From a virus (Duplodnaviria > Caudoviricetes), in the IMG/VR virus record IMGVR_UViG_3300005259_000074, positions 1 through 64,000 of that record: a DNA stretch of 64,000 nucleotides. One strand, 5' to 3'. How positions within the stretch are numbered: position 1 is the first letter of the stretch; each line of letters starts with the position of its first letter. The translations under genes and the position numbers were made by a program. The notes under the pieces are model-generated. The model did no database searches and was not told the origin of the DNA. It saw nothing but the letters and a program-made list of their open reading frames with translations. Of the stretch, positions 8,385 to 18,460 are shown in pieces.

Positions 8385-9908
8385 TTAGTTTCTGATATAG
8401 GCGTTATAATTGCCGTTGGTGTTGACTGCCGGGGTCGCGTTGGTGGTGCAGGATGTAAACGTAACTCCTACGGCGTAAACAAAGCTACCCTGATAGCATG
8501 ATATGCCTGTCGTAGCGGTGTTTATAGTTGCGCTAGCCGCGTAAACCAAACTGACATTTTGGCAAACGATTCCCGTGGTGCAATTTGTAATGGCTGCGGA
8601 GTTGATGAGCGCACTGGAGAAGTAGTTTACGTTTACGCCATAGGTGCAAGCAGTAATCGTTAGAGAACCCGCATTCGAAACAAACTCAGCCCTGCTTCCT
8701 ACCGCTACACCGCTTCCGCAATTCGACATGGTGCAGTACGGAATTTGCAATTCCGAACCCATTTGAACAGACGCGCCATACGCGGTCGTTCCAGAGAAGA
8801 CTGCGTATTGCAATCGAACTTGCGAATTGTATGAAATGAACAATCCGCCATTAGATTGGTTGTTCGAGAAGCACAAAGCTGTAGCTTGCGTAGTCGCGCC
8901 GTAAACGGAAGACATGTAGTATACAGTGAAGGAAGTCCCGAAAAAGCCGCATGTTATAATAGACTTGATGAAAGACCCGTTAGCGATGTAAATACCGGCA
9001 CTTGATGTCGCTCCACCAGAGTTCGTGAAAGCGCAGTTTTGAATAGAATTGAGACACCCTGTAAGTAGGGTCCAGCCTTGCACGCCTGTAGTGCTAGATG
9101 TTATGTCTATGATGGTTTTTAATACCACCGCGGTAGATGTTGCTGTCACAGCTCCGGCCGGAACGCCTGTAGGATTCGTGCAAGATACGCTGATACGCTT
9201 GTTTCCGGTATCTACATTTGTGATGGGCCAGCACCCCTCTGCGTATTTAGGGTTCGTTCCTCCACTACAGCCCGATATGTTGATGTAGTCCCCTACGGAC
9301 ACGTTTGCCACATCATTCATATTAAACGTAATCGTATAGGCCCCGGATGAACCGCTAGAACTTTGAACAGAGGAAATGCTCTTTACATAAGTGTGTGTTC
9401 CTGCTATATTGATGAAAGTTCCATGGCGGTGTAGCAGATTTGTGGAGCCTGAAGAGGAATACGTGCCATCAGCTAGATAGATGTTGACTGTTGCGGTGAT
9501 ATCGTAATCCTGAAGATACACGATTGCTTTCCCGACAGTCGCCCAGGGATTACCTGATGATCCATCTCCTGTAGTATCCGATCCAGTGGTCGCGACATAA
9601 AAGTTAGTAGTCGCCGATATGACTCCACTGCTAGCTACAGTAGCTCTGCCTTTCGAATCAAATGTGACCGCGGCTCTAGCATAACTTCCTGCCGCAACCC
9701 CTGAAGATGCTAGTGTTAAATTGCCCGGATAATCTAATGTAGCATCGCCATAGACTGTGATGGCTGTAGCTACACCGGACATGTTACCCATGAAAATCTT
9801 ATTCGCTGCAAGTTGAAGCGTTGAAGCAATCGGTGTGATGGCAGAGTTGCCTGCTATCAAAAATATTAGACTCGTCACTAGAAGCGCTGTAGCTAGTGCT
9901 CTTTTCAT
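8385..9908 (-). CDS. tail fibre/tailspike-like protein with beta-helix (pectin lyase-like) C-terminus
   Basis: GVAAGSYARAAVTFDSKGRAT fibre motif, FYVATTGSDTTGDGSSGNPWATV, Ser/Thr/Asn-rich beta-helix repeats. Confidence 0.75.
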   Translation of the reverse strand: MKRALATALLVTSLIFLIAGNSAITPIASTLQLAANKIFMGNMSGVATAITVYGDATLDYPGNLTLASSGVAAGSYARAAVTFDSKGRATVASSGVISATTNFYVATTGSDTTGDGSSGNPWATVGKAIVYLQDYDITATVNIYLADGTYSSSGSTNLLHRHGTFINIAGTHTYVKSISSVQSSSGSSGAYTITFNMNDVANVSVGDYINISGCSGGTNPKYAEGCWPITNVDTGNKRISVSCTNPTGVPAGAVTATSTAVVLKTIIDITSSTTGVQGWTLLTGCLNSIQNCAFTNSGGATSSAGIYIANGSFIKSIITCGFFGTSFTVYYMSSVYGATTQATALCFSNNQSNGGLFISYNSQVRLQYAVFSGTTAYGASVQMGSELQIPYCTMSNCGSGVAVGSRAEFVSNAGSLTITACTYGVNVNYFSSALINSAAITNCTTGIVCQNVSLVYAASATINTATTGISCYQGSFVYAVGVTFTSCTTNATPAVNTNGNYNAYIRN

Positions 9909-10324
9909 GCTAAGATCTCCTTTATTCTGGTTTCACTGAGTATTCCTATGGCTACAAGATAGGCCATAGCGTCTTCCATCTCTTCTCCATCGAGGACACA
10001 CTCTTGATAGAGTTGCATGCCTTCTCGCCATTCCGTTATCGCTGTATCAGAAGATGCTTTGAGAGCTTGAAGTTCAGTAGTCAAGAATCGATTATAGAAC
10101 TCCTTTGGGCTACAAACGCGGTGTCGCATGACAATTGGAGTGATCGAAAGATCAATCGCGTTGAGTACCGATTGTGCTTCCTCGCGCTGCGCTTCTGTAG
10201 CAGAAGGAAGATAGTCCACCACCCACGTGGTCTTATCGTTCCAGTCGCCTAGGCTGATGCCCTGCGCTGGAACCACCTTTTGCACTTTAGCAAAGACGTC
10301 GTCAGTAGTTAAAACAGCCATCAT
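9905..10324 (-). CDS. tail fibre-associated (assembly chaperone-like) protein
   Basis: Directly after the 989-aa fibre; ends LVAIGILSETRIKEILA, typical of fibre-adjacent chaperones. Confidence 0.55.
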   Translation of the reverse strand: MMAVLTTDDVFAKVQKVVPAQGISLGDWNDKTTWVVDYLPSATEAQREEAQSVLNAIDLSITPIVMRHRVCSPKEFYNRFLTTELQALKASSDTAITEWREGMQLYQECVLDGEEMEDAMAYLVAIGILSETRIKEILA

Positions 10325-13294
10325 TCACCCTTTGAAAAGAAGCGAGTATCCGTAGGCTCCATAGCATGTTATGCTACCTATCGCATATTCGCTGATTGTT
10401 ACATAATGGTAACCCACACTTAACATAGTAGTGACCTCGTAGCACACCACTAAATAACTAGAAGTCCATTCACATCCGGCATTGGTGTTGGCGGGAGCAT
10501 CGATCGACAACTGCCGATAGCCGGCTCCAGTTGCATATAGACGATTAAGTGATCGCGCAAACATGACGTCACCTACGACAGTCTCGCCGCGAATCTGCCC
10601 CGTTCCAGCGTTGCTCTCACGCCAGGCACCTGTTGTGTATGTCCAACTCGCATTACTGTTATACGTCGTAATGGCTCTGTCCACCTGGTTGTATTCATTC
10701 CAGACGAATCTTCGTGTGGTGCTATCTTCACACTGTCCAGTTGTTGATGTCGTGCGAATGGTTCCTACATACCGGTACTCTGGATGTCCGGTCAGTGTCT
10801 TAACGCCGTTTTGGAGAACCAGGGCGGTCGCCCTGGTCGAAGCACTAGCCCATGCCAGTAGATAGAGGGCTATGCTCGGAGAATCTACGGTGCCCTCATT
10901 TCTTATGAACACATCGAAATTAGTGGAGGACGTAAGACCAGTCAGGGCAAAAGACAGTTCAGAGATACTCACCACATACCAATCCACAGTGGCATCATAG
11001 AGAGCAATCCGGTTCCCATGATAAAGACATGCATACAGTGTCGTAGCTGCCGTTATATCGCTGGCTGTGATAGGGGTTCCGGATGCTAGACTCAGTCGGA
11101 TGTCGCAGATATCGAGTGGGACGAAGTCTGGGATTCCAGAATCTTTTACCTCAGTTCCTGATGTGTTATTCCAGAGCACTCTATGTCCAGCTACGGAAGC
11201 TACTGGCCCCACTACGTTTCCAGCGGCGGCAGTGATCTGCACAGCCTGCGCTTTGAACACTTCAATGGTGTTAGCGTCCTTCAAGTTAGCGCAGGGTAGC
11301 ACATATGAAGCTAGTGTGCTAGGGGGTGTCAGCGTCAGCACTCCAGCTGTAGCATCCGACACAAAGAGCGTAGGGCCATCAGCTAGATCGAAACCGTGGG
11401 TCCAAGTATGTAGTCCAGCTTTTGTCACAACGACGTGATCTGCGTCTGTCACTGTCTTGACGATGCCGAAAAATTCAGCATTCGCTGCCGTGTCTGCTTT
11501 ACTGAGTACGAAGACTCCATTCAGAAGAATGCTGATCGGTTGATTGGCAGTGAAACCGTGGCTAACTTGATATATCGATTCCGTGATTGCACTAGATGTT
11601 CCACCAGTAGTCAGTTGGTCTATAGTATTGAGAGCGTGTTGAACTGTTGTGTCAGTCGATGAGAGATTCTTAGTAAATGTTGAAGTATCGACTGTCACAG
11701 CAGACGCAGCTAAGGTTTGTATATGAAGAGCTGCTGATATAGCTTTGTCGTCAGCGTGGTACAGCGTGTATATTTGACCAGACAGAGTCATGTCCAACGC
11801 ATGACTGTTGGCGCTCACTGCGATGTCAGAAGCGTGCCAACTAGTGTAATTTGCTCCAGATGTAGATGTTATCTGAGAGTGGAGATCTCCGGAGACGATC
11901 TTATCGTCAGAATGATAGTTAGATGTGATTGTCGCCGAGATATTCAGGTCCGCTCCGTGCCAAGAACTGAAGTTTGAACCACTTACAGATGTCACTTGAG
12001 AGTGCAAAAAGCCAGAAATGTTCTTGTCATCTGCATGGTACAGCGTGTAGAGACCCGCTGATAGGTTCTTATCTGCATCGTGCCACAAGTCTTGGTCCGC
12101 CCCGCTGGCTGCAACGATCTGACCGTGCAAGAACGCTGATATCGCCGTGTCTCCTGCGTGCCAGGACACTTGGTTCTCCGCGCTAGTAGAAATCACTTGA
12201 CCGTGCAGCGTCGAGTACAAGCTACCTGACATAGATAGATCGGAGCTGTGCCAAGATCCCAAGTTAGACGCACTCGTCGACACTATCTGAGAGTGCATCG
12301 CTCCGGAGACCGCTACGTCACCCGCGTGATACAGAGGAACTAGTTCTCCGCTGATTAGTTTGTCAGCTGAATGCCAAGCGAGGGCGTTGGAAGCGCTAGT
12401 AGCGGTTATCTGTCCGTGCAACGTCGAGTACACGCTTCCAGATACTGTCTTGTCATCCGCGTGGTAGAGGTCGTACAGCTGGCCAGACAGCACAATATCG
12501 GCAGGGTGCCAACCGCTAGAGCTAGCTCCTGTCACAGCAGTTATCTGAGAGTGGAGCTCAGAGTAGACATAGCTGGAGACATTGAGATCCGCTTGGTGCC
12601 AGGTGTTCAAGTTAGAAGCGCTAACAGCAGTTATCTGGCTGTGAAGAGTTCCGGAGATCGATTTATCGTCTGCGTGGTACAGAGTGTACAGTTCTCCAGA
12701 TAGGATCTTGTCCGCATAGTGATACGCTGCAGCACCAACCGCGCTAGTAGAGGTTATCTGGTCGTGGAGCGTCGAGTACAAGCTCGCCGATGTCGACTTG
12801 TCGTCGCCGTGATACAGCGAGTAGAGCTGTCCAGACAGCGAAACGTCAGACGCGTGCCAACCGATGGCATCAGCTGCACTCACTGAAGTCACTTGGGAGT
12901 GCAATTGTCCGGAAACGTTCTTGTCATCCGCGTGGTACATCTCGTAGAGACTGCTAGATAAAGACACGTCATACGAGTGAGCTGAAGCGAGAGTGCTTCC
13001 AAACTGGCTCATCAGGTCTAGCTGAGCGCTGATGTTTCCAGATATGGATCCCCAAACCCCACCTCCACTGCCTCCACTTATATGTCCAACGATAGCTGAC
13101 AATGGCTTCCAATAAGAAGACGTTGTGCCTCCCGATAAAAAGTACAGAGAATCGTTCGCACTAACGTAAGCGATCATTCCTGGATAAGTAAACGTGAGTG
13201 AGTTCCTAGCAGTCAAGTCTGCGACGACTATCCTAGAATCTAGGGGATTGTTCGTGTTGGGAACGAAGTTCGTCGTTAGATATATGCCAGACAT
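10325..13294 (-). CDS. long tail fibre protein with His/Asp-rich helical repeats
   Basis: N-terminal PLDSR fibre motif, central repeats, HGF...FGIV domain shared with the neighbouring fibre. Confidence 0.75.
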   Translation of the reverse strand: MSGIYLTTNFVPNTNNPLDSRIVVADLTARNSLTFTYPGMIAYVSANDSLYFLSGGTTSSYWKPLSAIVGHISGGSGGGVWGSISGNISAQLDLMSQFGSTLASAHSYDVSLSSSLYEMYHADDKNVSGQLHSQVTSVSAADAIGWHASDVSLSGQLYSLYHGDDKSTSASLYSTLHDQITSTSAVGAAAYHYADKILSGELYTLYHADDKSISGTLHSQITAVSASNLNTWHQADLNVSSYVYSELHSQITAVTGASSSGWHPADIVLSGQLYDLYHADDKTVSGSVYSTLHGQITATSASNALAWHSADKLISGELVPLYHAGDVAVSGAMHSQIVSTSASNLGSWHSSDLSMSGSLYSTLHGQVISTSAENQVSWHAGDTAISAFLHGQIVAASGADQDLWHDADKNLSAGLYTLYHADDKNISGFLHSQVTSVSGSNFSSWHGADLNISATITSNYHSDDKIVSGDLHSQITSTSGANYTSWHASDIAVSANSHALDMTLSGQIYTLYHADDKAISAALHIQTLAASAVTVDTSTFTKNLSSTDTTVQHALNTIDQLTTGGTSSAITESIYQVSHGFTANQPISILLNGVFVLSKADTAANAEFFGIVKTVTDADHVVVTKAGLHTWTHGFDLADGPTLFVSDATAGVLTLTPPSTLASYVLPCANLKDANTIEVFKAQAVQITAAAGNVVGPVASVAGHRVLWNNTSGTEVKDSGIPDFVPLDICDIRLSLASGTPITASDITAATTLYACLYHGNRIALYDATVDWYVVSISELSFALTGLTSSTNFDVFIRNEGTVDSPSIALYLLAWASASTRATALVLQNGVKTLTGHPEYRYVGTIRTTSTTGQCEDSTTRRFVWNEYNQVDRAITTYNSNASWTYTTGAWRESNAGTGQIRGETVVGDVMFARSLNRLYATGAGYRQLSIDAPANTNAGCEWTSSYLVVCYEVTTMLSVGYHYVTISEYAIGSITCYGAYGYSLLFKG
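11720..12965 (-). repeat. intragenic protein repeat: about 18 (Y/W)HxxD and about 11 LH(S/G/D)Q units
   Basis: Units such as LYTLYHADDKxxSGxLHSQITxxSAxxxxxWHxxD counted in the translation. Confidence 0.85.
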
Positions 13295-13307
13295 TCAGGT
13301 GTTTCCT

Positions 13308-15155
13308 TTAAAACTTGAATTGGAACTCTCCACCGTAGACGGTCGTCAGATCTGACTCATAGACATAGAAATTAGTCGTCCAGTCAGAGTACAGACCAGT
13401 CGAAGTCACTGACACTGTGCTCTGTGTGAAAGATCCAGTGATATCAAACGAATTTGGGTCGAGTATCTGTGACAGAAGACCATAAGATGTTGGGTAGCAA
13501 AAATACATGTAGACATTTGTCCCAGACATATTTATAGTCTTGTTTCCGGTTGCAGCGACACTCTTTGTGAGACCCGTGTACAGCGCAGAGCCGGAGAGTG
13601 ACCCGGACGCGCTAGTCCCGTAGAGGAACGGGTACACGAATGTCGCGGTCCTCAGAGTGCTGTATATGTCAGTCGCAGATCCGTTGTTGGCGACGTTGGC
13701 TTTCAGCTGGTACGTCGTATTGGTCGTTATAGCTGCTGGCGCTGCTTGGTTTATCACGTTAGTCGCGAAAGTGTCTGATGCGACTCCTCCGACTAACACT
13801 GTCCTGGTGTTGACAACGGTCTCGTCGTTCAGAGTCAGCGCTCCTATCAGCTGCATCGTCGGGTGAGTGCCAACTTCTTGCAAGGAGAAGTCGTTGAGTG
13901 ATAGAGTAGCCGGGATGAATGGAAAGAAGTACTCTTCTAAGAACGTCTTGACCGTGGAAGTGCCAACGTTGACTGCAGGAAGACCTGAACGCTTGACAGT
14001 GCGGTTGCCGTTGAAGTACAGCGAAGTGTTGATCCCATCGAAGTTGCCAGACACCGTAGCAGTCGTCGAGGTGTAGTTTCCGGGTGAATACGCTATGTTG
14101 CCCTTGTCTAAGTAAGGTAGACGGGCTACTCCAACAGTTCCAGAAGACAAGTTAGAAGCGTTAGTCTGGTCTACGTTCTGGACCGCGCTGAGCCCGACGT
14201 CTGACTTAGTGACTGTTACATCAGTGCCCAGTGTGTGTCCATTGACTTGTCGAGTCGTCGGGACGTAACCCGCGATGACCGTTGCTACAGCTTTTTCAGA
14301 CGGCACGTTAGCGTCGGAACCAGGAGAACTGACTGTCGTGACTAGTTGAGACGCTTTCAACTGTGCGTCGTTAGTCACATTAGTCAGGCCGACTTGGGTC
14401 TTCGTCAGCCCCGTCAAGTTAGAACCGTTGACTACGGGTAGAAGCGCGCCAGAAGTAAGCTGCACCACATCATAAGCAGAAGTTCCGACGTCCTTCGTCG
14501 CAGCAGTTCCCAACCCTAAGTGATACCTCGAAGCAGACACACTCTGAACATCTGACAAGTTTCCCGACAGAGTGAGGTACGCTCCAGTCAACGCGTGAGA
14601 CTGCGTCGGAATGACGTAAGCCGGTGCTGTCTCCACGAACACGTTGTTGGCATCTAAGACGTACGCCACTTTCTTGTACACAGTGCCTTCGCCGGTCGGA
14701 GCGGTCGTGGTGAGGTTTCCAGCTACTGTAGAGAGAAAAAGTTCTGCATTCGTTGCGTAACCGTGGGTGTGCCACGAGTACTTACCAGAGGTGACGAGGA
14801 CGAAGTTGTTAGCGTCTATGACGGACGACAGCAGTCCAAATACGTCTGCGTTAGTCAAAGTCGCAGCTGAAGCCAGTCCGTAACCGCTAGAAGTCTTCTT
14901 GATAGGTTTGTTGATGTCACCGGATGTCAATCCATGAGACGTCTTAGTGAGCACTACCGCGTTCCCGCCGTCTCTAACCCACACGGGAGCTCCAGCTGCA
15001 TTGGACATGCACAGCCACTTAGCGTAGGGAGAGACGTTCGTATCGTAAGCGGCGTCACCGACTGAGATACCGGAGTTCACGTCTAGAGTCGGAGCGAGGC
15101 CCGAGAAGTTCTGCACCCACTTCTTGTTCGACAGCGTGTTCAGCTCTTTAGACAT
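13308..15155 (-). CDS. tail fibre protein
   Basis: ATG 15155 after GGAG; GNLSDV..LGLGTAATKDVGT, KTQVGLTNVTND and KSDVGLSAVQN fibre repeats. Confidence 0.8.
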   Translation of the reverse strand: MSKELNTLSNKKWVQNFSGLAPTLDVNSGISVGDAAYDTNVSPYAKWLCMSNAAGAPVWVRDGGNAVVLTKTSHGLTSGDINKPIKKTSSGYGLASAATLTNADVFGLLSSVIDANNFVLVTSGKYSWHTHGYATNAELFLSTVAGNLTTTAPTGEGTVYKKVAYVLDANNVFVETAPAYVIPTQSHALTGAYLTLSGNLSDVQSVSASRYHLGLGTAATKDVGTSAYDVVQLTSGALLPVVNGSNLTGLTKTQVGLTNVTNDAQLKASQLVTTVSSPGSDANVPSEKAVATVIAGYVPTTRQVNGHTLGTDVTVTKSDVGLSAVQNVDQTNASNLSSGTVGVARLPYLDKGNIAYSPGNYTSTTATVSGNFDGINTSLYFNGNRTVKRSGLPAVNVGTSTVKTFLEEYFFPFIPATLSLNDFSLQEVGTHPTMQLIGALTLNDETVVNTRTVLVGGVASDTFATNVINQAAPAAITTNTTYQLKANVANNGSATDIYSTLRTATFVYPFLYGTSASGSLSGSALYTGLTKSVAATGNKTINMSGTNVYMYFCYPTSYGLLSQILDPNSFDITGSFTQSTVSVTSTGLYSDWTTNFYVYESDLTTVYGGEFQFKF

Positions 15156-15186
15156 CAGTCTCCGTGCAGTTTTTGTATTCAAAGAC

Positions 15187-15214
15187 TATTTATCGCCGGG
15201 AGGGAGTGTAAATA
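15187..15214. promoter_or_regulatory. back-to-back divergent late promoters (GATAAATA on -, TGTAAATA on +)
   Basis: One-mismatch gp55 boxes at 15187-94 (-) and 15207-14 (+) between divergent genes. Confidence 0.55.
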
Positions 15215-15319
15215 CCAACGTGAGTAGCTCGACCACCGTGGGCGAAAGCTGGAAAGACCGCAGCCAGAAAAGGAGGTCGAACGAGAGACGTGCGAACGCG
15301 AAAGGAAAAGTGTCTGTCT

Positions 15320-17386
15320 ATGTCTACTCAAGTCGCTATCACCCCCATCATCGAGATCCTCTCCAAGAGGGTCACCGCAGCCTCCAAGCATATGGTCCAA
15401 TCGATCCCAGCTACTCAGCTAGATAAATTCGGGATGCAAGTGGACAACAGTCTGAAACTCCCGACGGTTACCAGCGAAGAGAGAGAAGCTAGCGTGTGGC
15501 GCCTGCTCAGAGAGCTAGGCATATACAAAGACGAAGAGAGTTTTGAGCTGCTCACGTCTGAGGACAGCAAAGAAGGAGACTTTCGAGCAGTGTTCTGCGA
15601 CAAGTACAGCGTGCCCGTCCCACGTTTCAAGCGCATGTGGAAGATACTGACAGAATCGCCTAATGAGAAAAAGTCTGATCGTTCAGAAGCTACGAGAAAT
15701 CTACTGCAGCAGTTATTCTATAATGAAAAAGACTTTGTTGACCGAGAGAAGAAGTTCTTACAAGAAGAGCGCGAGAAGTTAGAGCTCCAAGAATTGTTAG
15801 GAAAAGACACACTAAACATAGCTAGAGAGGCTCTAGGAATTACAGAAGATGAAGTTAACACGTCTTGGGACAAGCGAATGAAAAGATTTGCGACGGCTAC
15901 TAACAAGATAAAAGAGGAAGTTAAGAAGTTAGGTGGCTGCATTCCATTGACAGCAGACAAGAATAAGTTTACATCATGGAAAGATAAAGAGATCGACATA
16001 CTGAAATCTGAGGGTCTCGTAGATGTGAACAATTTTGTAGAGGGAGCAAAAGTTGCCGAAGCTTCGGTGAATGCAGTCGAGAAAGAATCCGTCAACAAGA
16101 TGCTGCTAGACCAAGTGAAGAACGGCAATTGGATAGACGAAGAAGACAAACTCCAGCAGATCTCCGACATGTTGAAGAAAGTAGACCTCAATAGAGCCGA
16201 TGTTTCTATTGAAATCAACGCTAAACCTGAGATCATAAAAGAGACCTTATCTGCGATCTCAAATGACGCTACGGACTTTGAATTAGCTCGTATTAAGAGG
16301 AGTGTGGACACGGTTAGGGATGTCATAGAAGAATTCAAGAAGATGAGTGGACCAATCGAGGCGCCTGTGGCGAATCAGCCCATGCCTTCGCTACAAGACT
16401 TCAGGACAATGCCGTACGATGAAGTGACAGCTAAGAAAGTAGAGAGCGTCGCGAAGACGATGAATGCTGCTCTCTTTGAACGTGAGGACAAGATCGCCGA
16501 GAAAGACGCTCAAGACATAGCTAAGTACACACACTGTCTCAGCTGGGGGAGTATGAGCGACGAAAAATTGCTAACCGAGTACGCTCAGATCACTTCTGTG
16601 ATAGACCCAGCTAACTTATTCACTAGGAAGTATAGTTCTATCGTAGCAGAGATAGAAAGGCGGGCTGGTGGGACGAGACCCTGCATAATCTGGAACACCG
16701 ACGCGACAGTAGACGTGAAGATGTCCGTAAGAGCTCTCAGAGAATGCAGGAAGAAAGAGCACTATTCATGTGTGTCGACGCTCGGTTGGAAGAGACTGAG
16801 GAAAGCTGCTGACCCAGTGAACACCGTGTACGTGTTCAAGTCCCCTGTCTCGCTGACGAAGTTGAACTACGTTTCACCGTGCGAGCACTATGATGATGGA
16901 AAAAACACTTGCATTATAGACTGGAGCACCTGGACTGCTCGCTCTCTCGCCATGATATGGGCGATCGCCCGAGAAGAAGATAAAAAAGATATATCTACTT
17001 TGACTAGAATGGACAAGGTGTACAACGTCTTGCAGCAGTTTGAGAAGATGAAGGAAGATGGATTTACACAGTCCTTAGATATGCACCCAGAGTACGCTAA
17101 ACACCTGACCGCGCTCGTCGAAAAAGAAGAAAAAGACGAGACCATAAAGACTACAATAGGTGGTGATGTTGGAGTGATAGAAGAAGACATTCTAATGAAC
17201 CTCGTGGGAGAGATGCATGCTAGACTGAGGTACAACCAGATATACGAGCCGAACGACATCTCATCCAATGGTAATTCTTTCAGTGACCCGATGGAGAACT
17301 GCGCTTCTTCGCTCTTGGCTGGCAAGTTAGACATCGTGACTGAAGTCGATCTGAACATTCCTAAGATAGTGAAGGTAATCCTCTGA
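15320..17386 (+). CDS. large coiled-coil hypothetical protein with C-terminal Cys-containing domain
   Basis: Long uninterrupted ORF; RPCIIWNTD and PCEHYDDGKNTC motifs. Confidence 0.75.
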   Translation: MSTQVAITPIIEILSKRVTAASKHMVQSIPATQLDKFGMQVDNSLKLPTVTSEEREASVWRLLRELGIYKDEESFELLTSEDSKEGDFRAVFCDKYSVPVPRFKRMWKILTESPNEKKSDRSEATRNLLQQLFYNEKDFVDREKKFLQEEREKLELQELLGKDTLNIAREALGITEDEVNTSWDKRMKRFATATNKIKEEVKKLGGCIPLTADKNKFTSWKDKEIDILKSEGLVDVNNFVEGAKVAEASVNAVEKESVNKMLLDQVKNGNWIDEEDKLQQISDMLKKVDLNRADVSIEINAKPEIIKETLSAISNDATDFELARIKRSVDTVRDVIEEFKKMSGPIEAPVANQPMPSLQDFRTMPYDEVTAKKVESVAKTMNAALFEREDKIAEKDAQDIAKYTHCLSWGSMSDEKLLTEYAQITSVIDPANLFTRKYSSIVAEIERRAGGTRPCIIWNTDATVDVKMSVRALRECRKKEHYSCVSTLGWKRLRKAADPVNTVYVFKSPVSLTKLNYVSPCEHYDDGKNTCIIDWSTWTARSLAMIWAIAREEDKKDISTLTRMDKVYNVLQQFEKMKEDGFTQSLDMHPEYAKHLTALVEKEEKDETIKTTIGGDVGVIEEDILMNLVGEMHARLRYNQIYEPNDISSNGNSFSDPMENCASSLLAGKLDIVTEVDLNIPKIVKVIL

Positions 17387-17655
17387 ACGATCCGAAGATA
17401 GGCTGCGTACGCAGGAACAAGGGTGTCGGCATCGGCGGTGGTTTCATATGCACCGCCGATGCCAGAGATCCAAAAGACACGTGCGCGTTCGTCAAGCTAG
17501 ATAAGTACAAGCTGTGCTCCTACTTGGGATCTGCATTCTCCTCTCTGCAGGACAGAGTCAACACTAGAGAGTGCACTTCGTCAGACGCAGTCGAAGCGCT
17601 GAGGAAGAAGGAGAAGGAAGAACTGTCTATCATCAGGGCACTGGACGGAATCTAG
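17383..17655 (+). CDS. CRT-family protein with probable CTG start
   Basis: Absent from the ORF track; translated by hand: 5 Cys, ...RECTSSDAVEA...IRALDGI*; CTG overlaps upstream TGA. Confidence 0.6.
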   Translation: MNDPKIGCVRRNKGVGIGGGFICTADARDPKDTCAFVKLDKYKLCSYLGSAFSSLQDRVNTRECTSSDAVEALRKKEKEELSIIRALDGI

Positions 17656-18149
17656 ATGATATCTTGCTCTCTCAGCGTCTCCAACACTTTCTGAGAATCG
17701 CAGAACATCTTCTTCTTGAACAATCTGCTGACGGGCATCCATTCCCATCCTTCGCACTTGTCGGGTTCAGCGTTAGACACCACGATCTCTTCGAGAGTCT
17801 TAGATGGACACAGCACGACGTACACCGTCAAGAACACTTCTCCGTCGACTACATCTTCGAAACACATCATACCAGGTCCTCGAGCTTCGATGACACTGCG
17901 AGGGTCTATTCCGCATTCTTCGTGCAGTTCTCGCTTAGCGCACTCCAATATGCTCTCATCTGGTTCTAGATGCCCACCTGGAAGAGACAGCGTACCGCTT
18001 CCAGCGCAGTTCTTCCTCTTTCCGACGAGCACGTTCCGCCCTCTGATGCCGTCGAGCAGCACTACTCCCACGCCTATCTGGTGACGGAATGGATACGAGA
18101 CTCGCTGTCCATTGATGTCTGATGAGAGAATTCTCGTAGCTGATGGCAT
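17652..18149 (-). CDS. Nudix hydrolase (NUDT15/MutT-like)
   Basis: GVGVVL..VGKRK..LPGGHLEPDESILECAKRELHEECG Nudix box. Confidence 0.9.
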   Translation of the reverse strand: MPSATRILSSDINGQRVSYPFRHQIGVGVVLLDGIRGRNVLVGKRKNCAGSGTLSLPGGHLEPDESILECAKRELHEECGIDPRSVIEARGPGMMCFEDVVDGEVFLTVYVVLCPSKTLEEIVVSNAEPDKCEGWEWMPVSRLFKKKMFCDSQKVLETLREQDII

Positions 18150-18160
18150 GTGTGGTCTCC

Positions 18161-18460
18161 TCAGATGTTTTCTATCTTCTTCGTTATCTTTTCTTTAGCT
18201 TCAGACTCGGACATCGTCAAGCGAATCGTGCAGTCGTCAGTGCTGCTGCTAGTCACGCCGAAGTAGTCCGGAAAGTTCTCTTTGAGGATGGAGTGGAAGT
18301 GATTGTTGAGATCTCTGACGCGGTACAACACGGGATGAGACAGTTCCGCGAATAGCGTCTTCCAGCCGGTCCTGCTAGTCCTTGTCTTGAACTTCACAGA
18401 CACTCCAAGAGTTTTTAAACATTCTCTGAGATTTTGCTTCTGTTGCGTGTAGTCGATCAC
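18161..18460 (-). CDS. hypothetical protein with C-terminal tag (KIENI)
   Basis: GTGA-coupled start at 18460; ends KITKKIENI*. Confidence 0.6.
   Translation of the reverse strand: MIDYTQQKQNLRECLKTLGVSVKFKTRTSRTGWKTLFAELSHPVLYRVRDLNNHFHSILKENFPDYFGVTSSSTDDCTIRLTMSESEAKEKITKKIENI

Noticed and set aside
10325-15155. Diversity-generating retroelement acting on fibres or CRT genes
   Set aside because: No reverse transcriptase and no TR/VR pair differing at adenines seen in the window.
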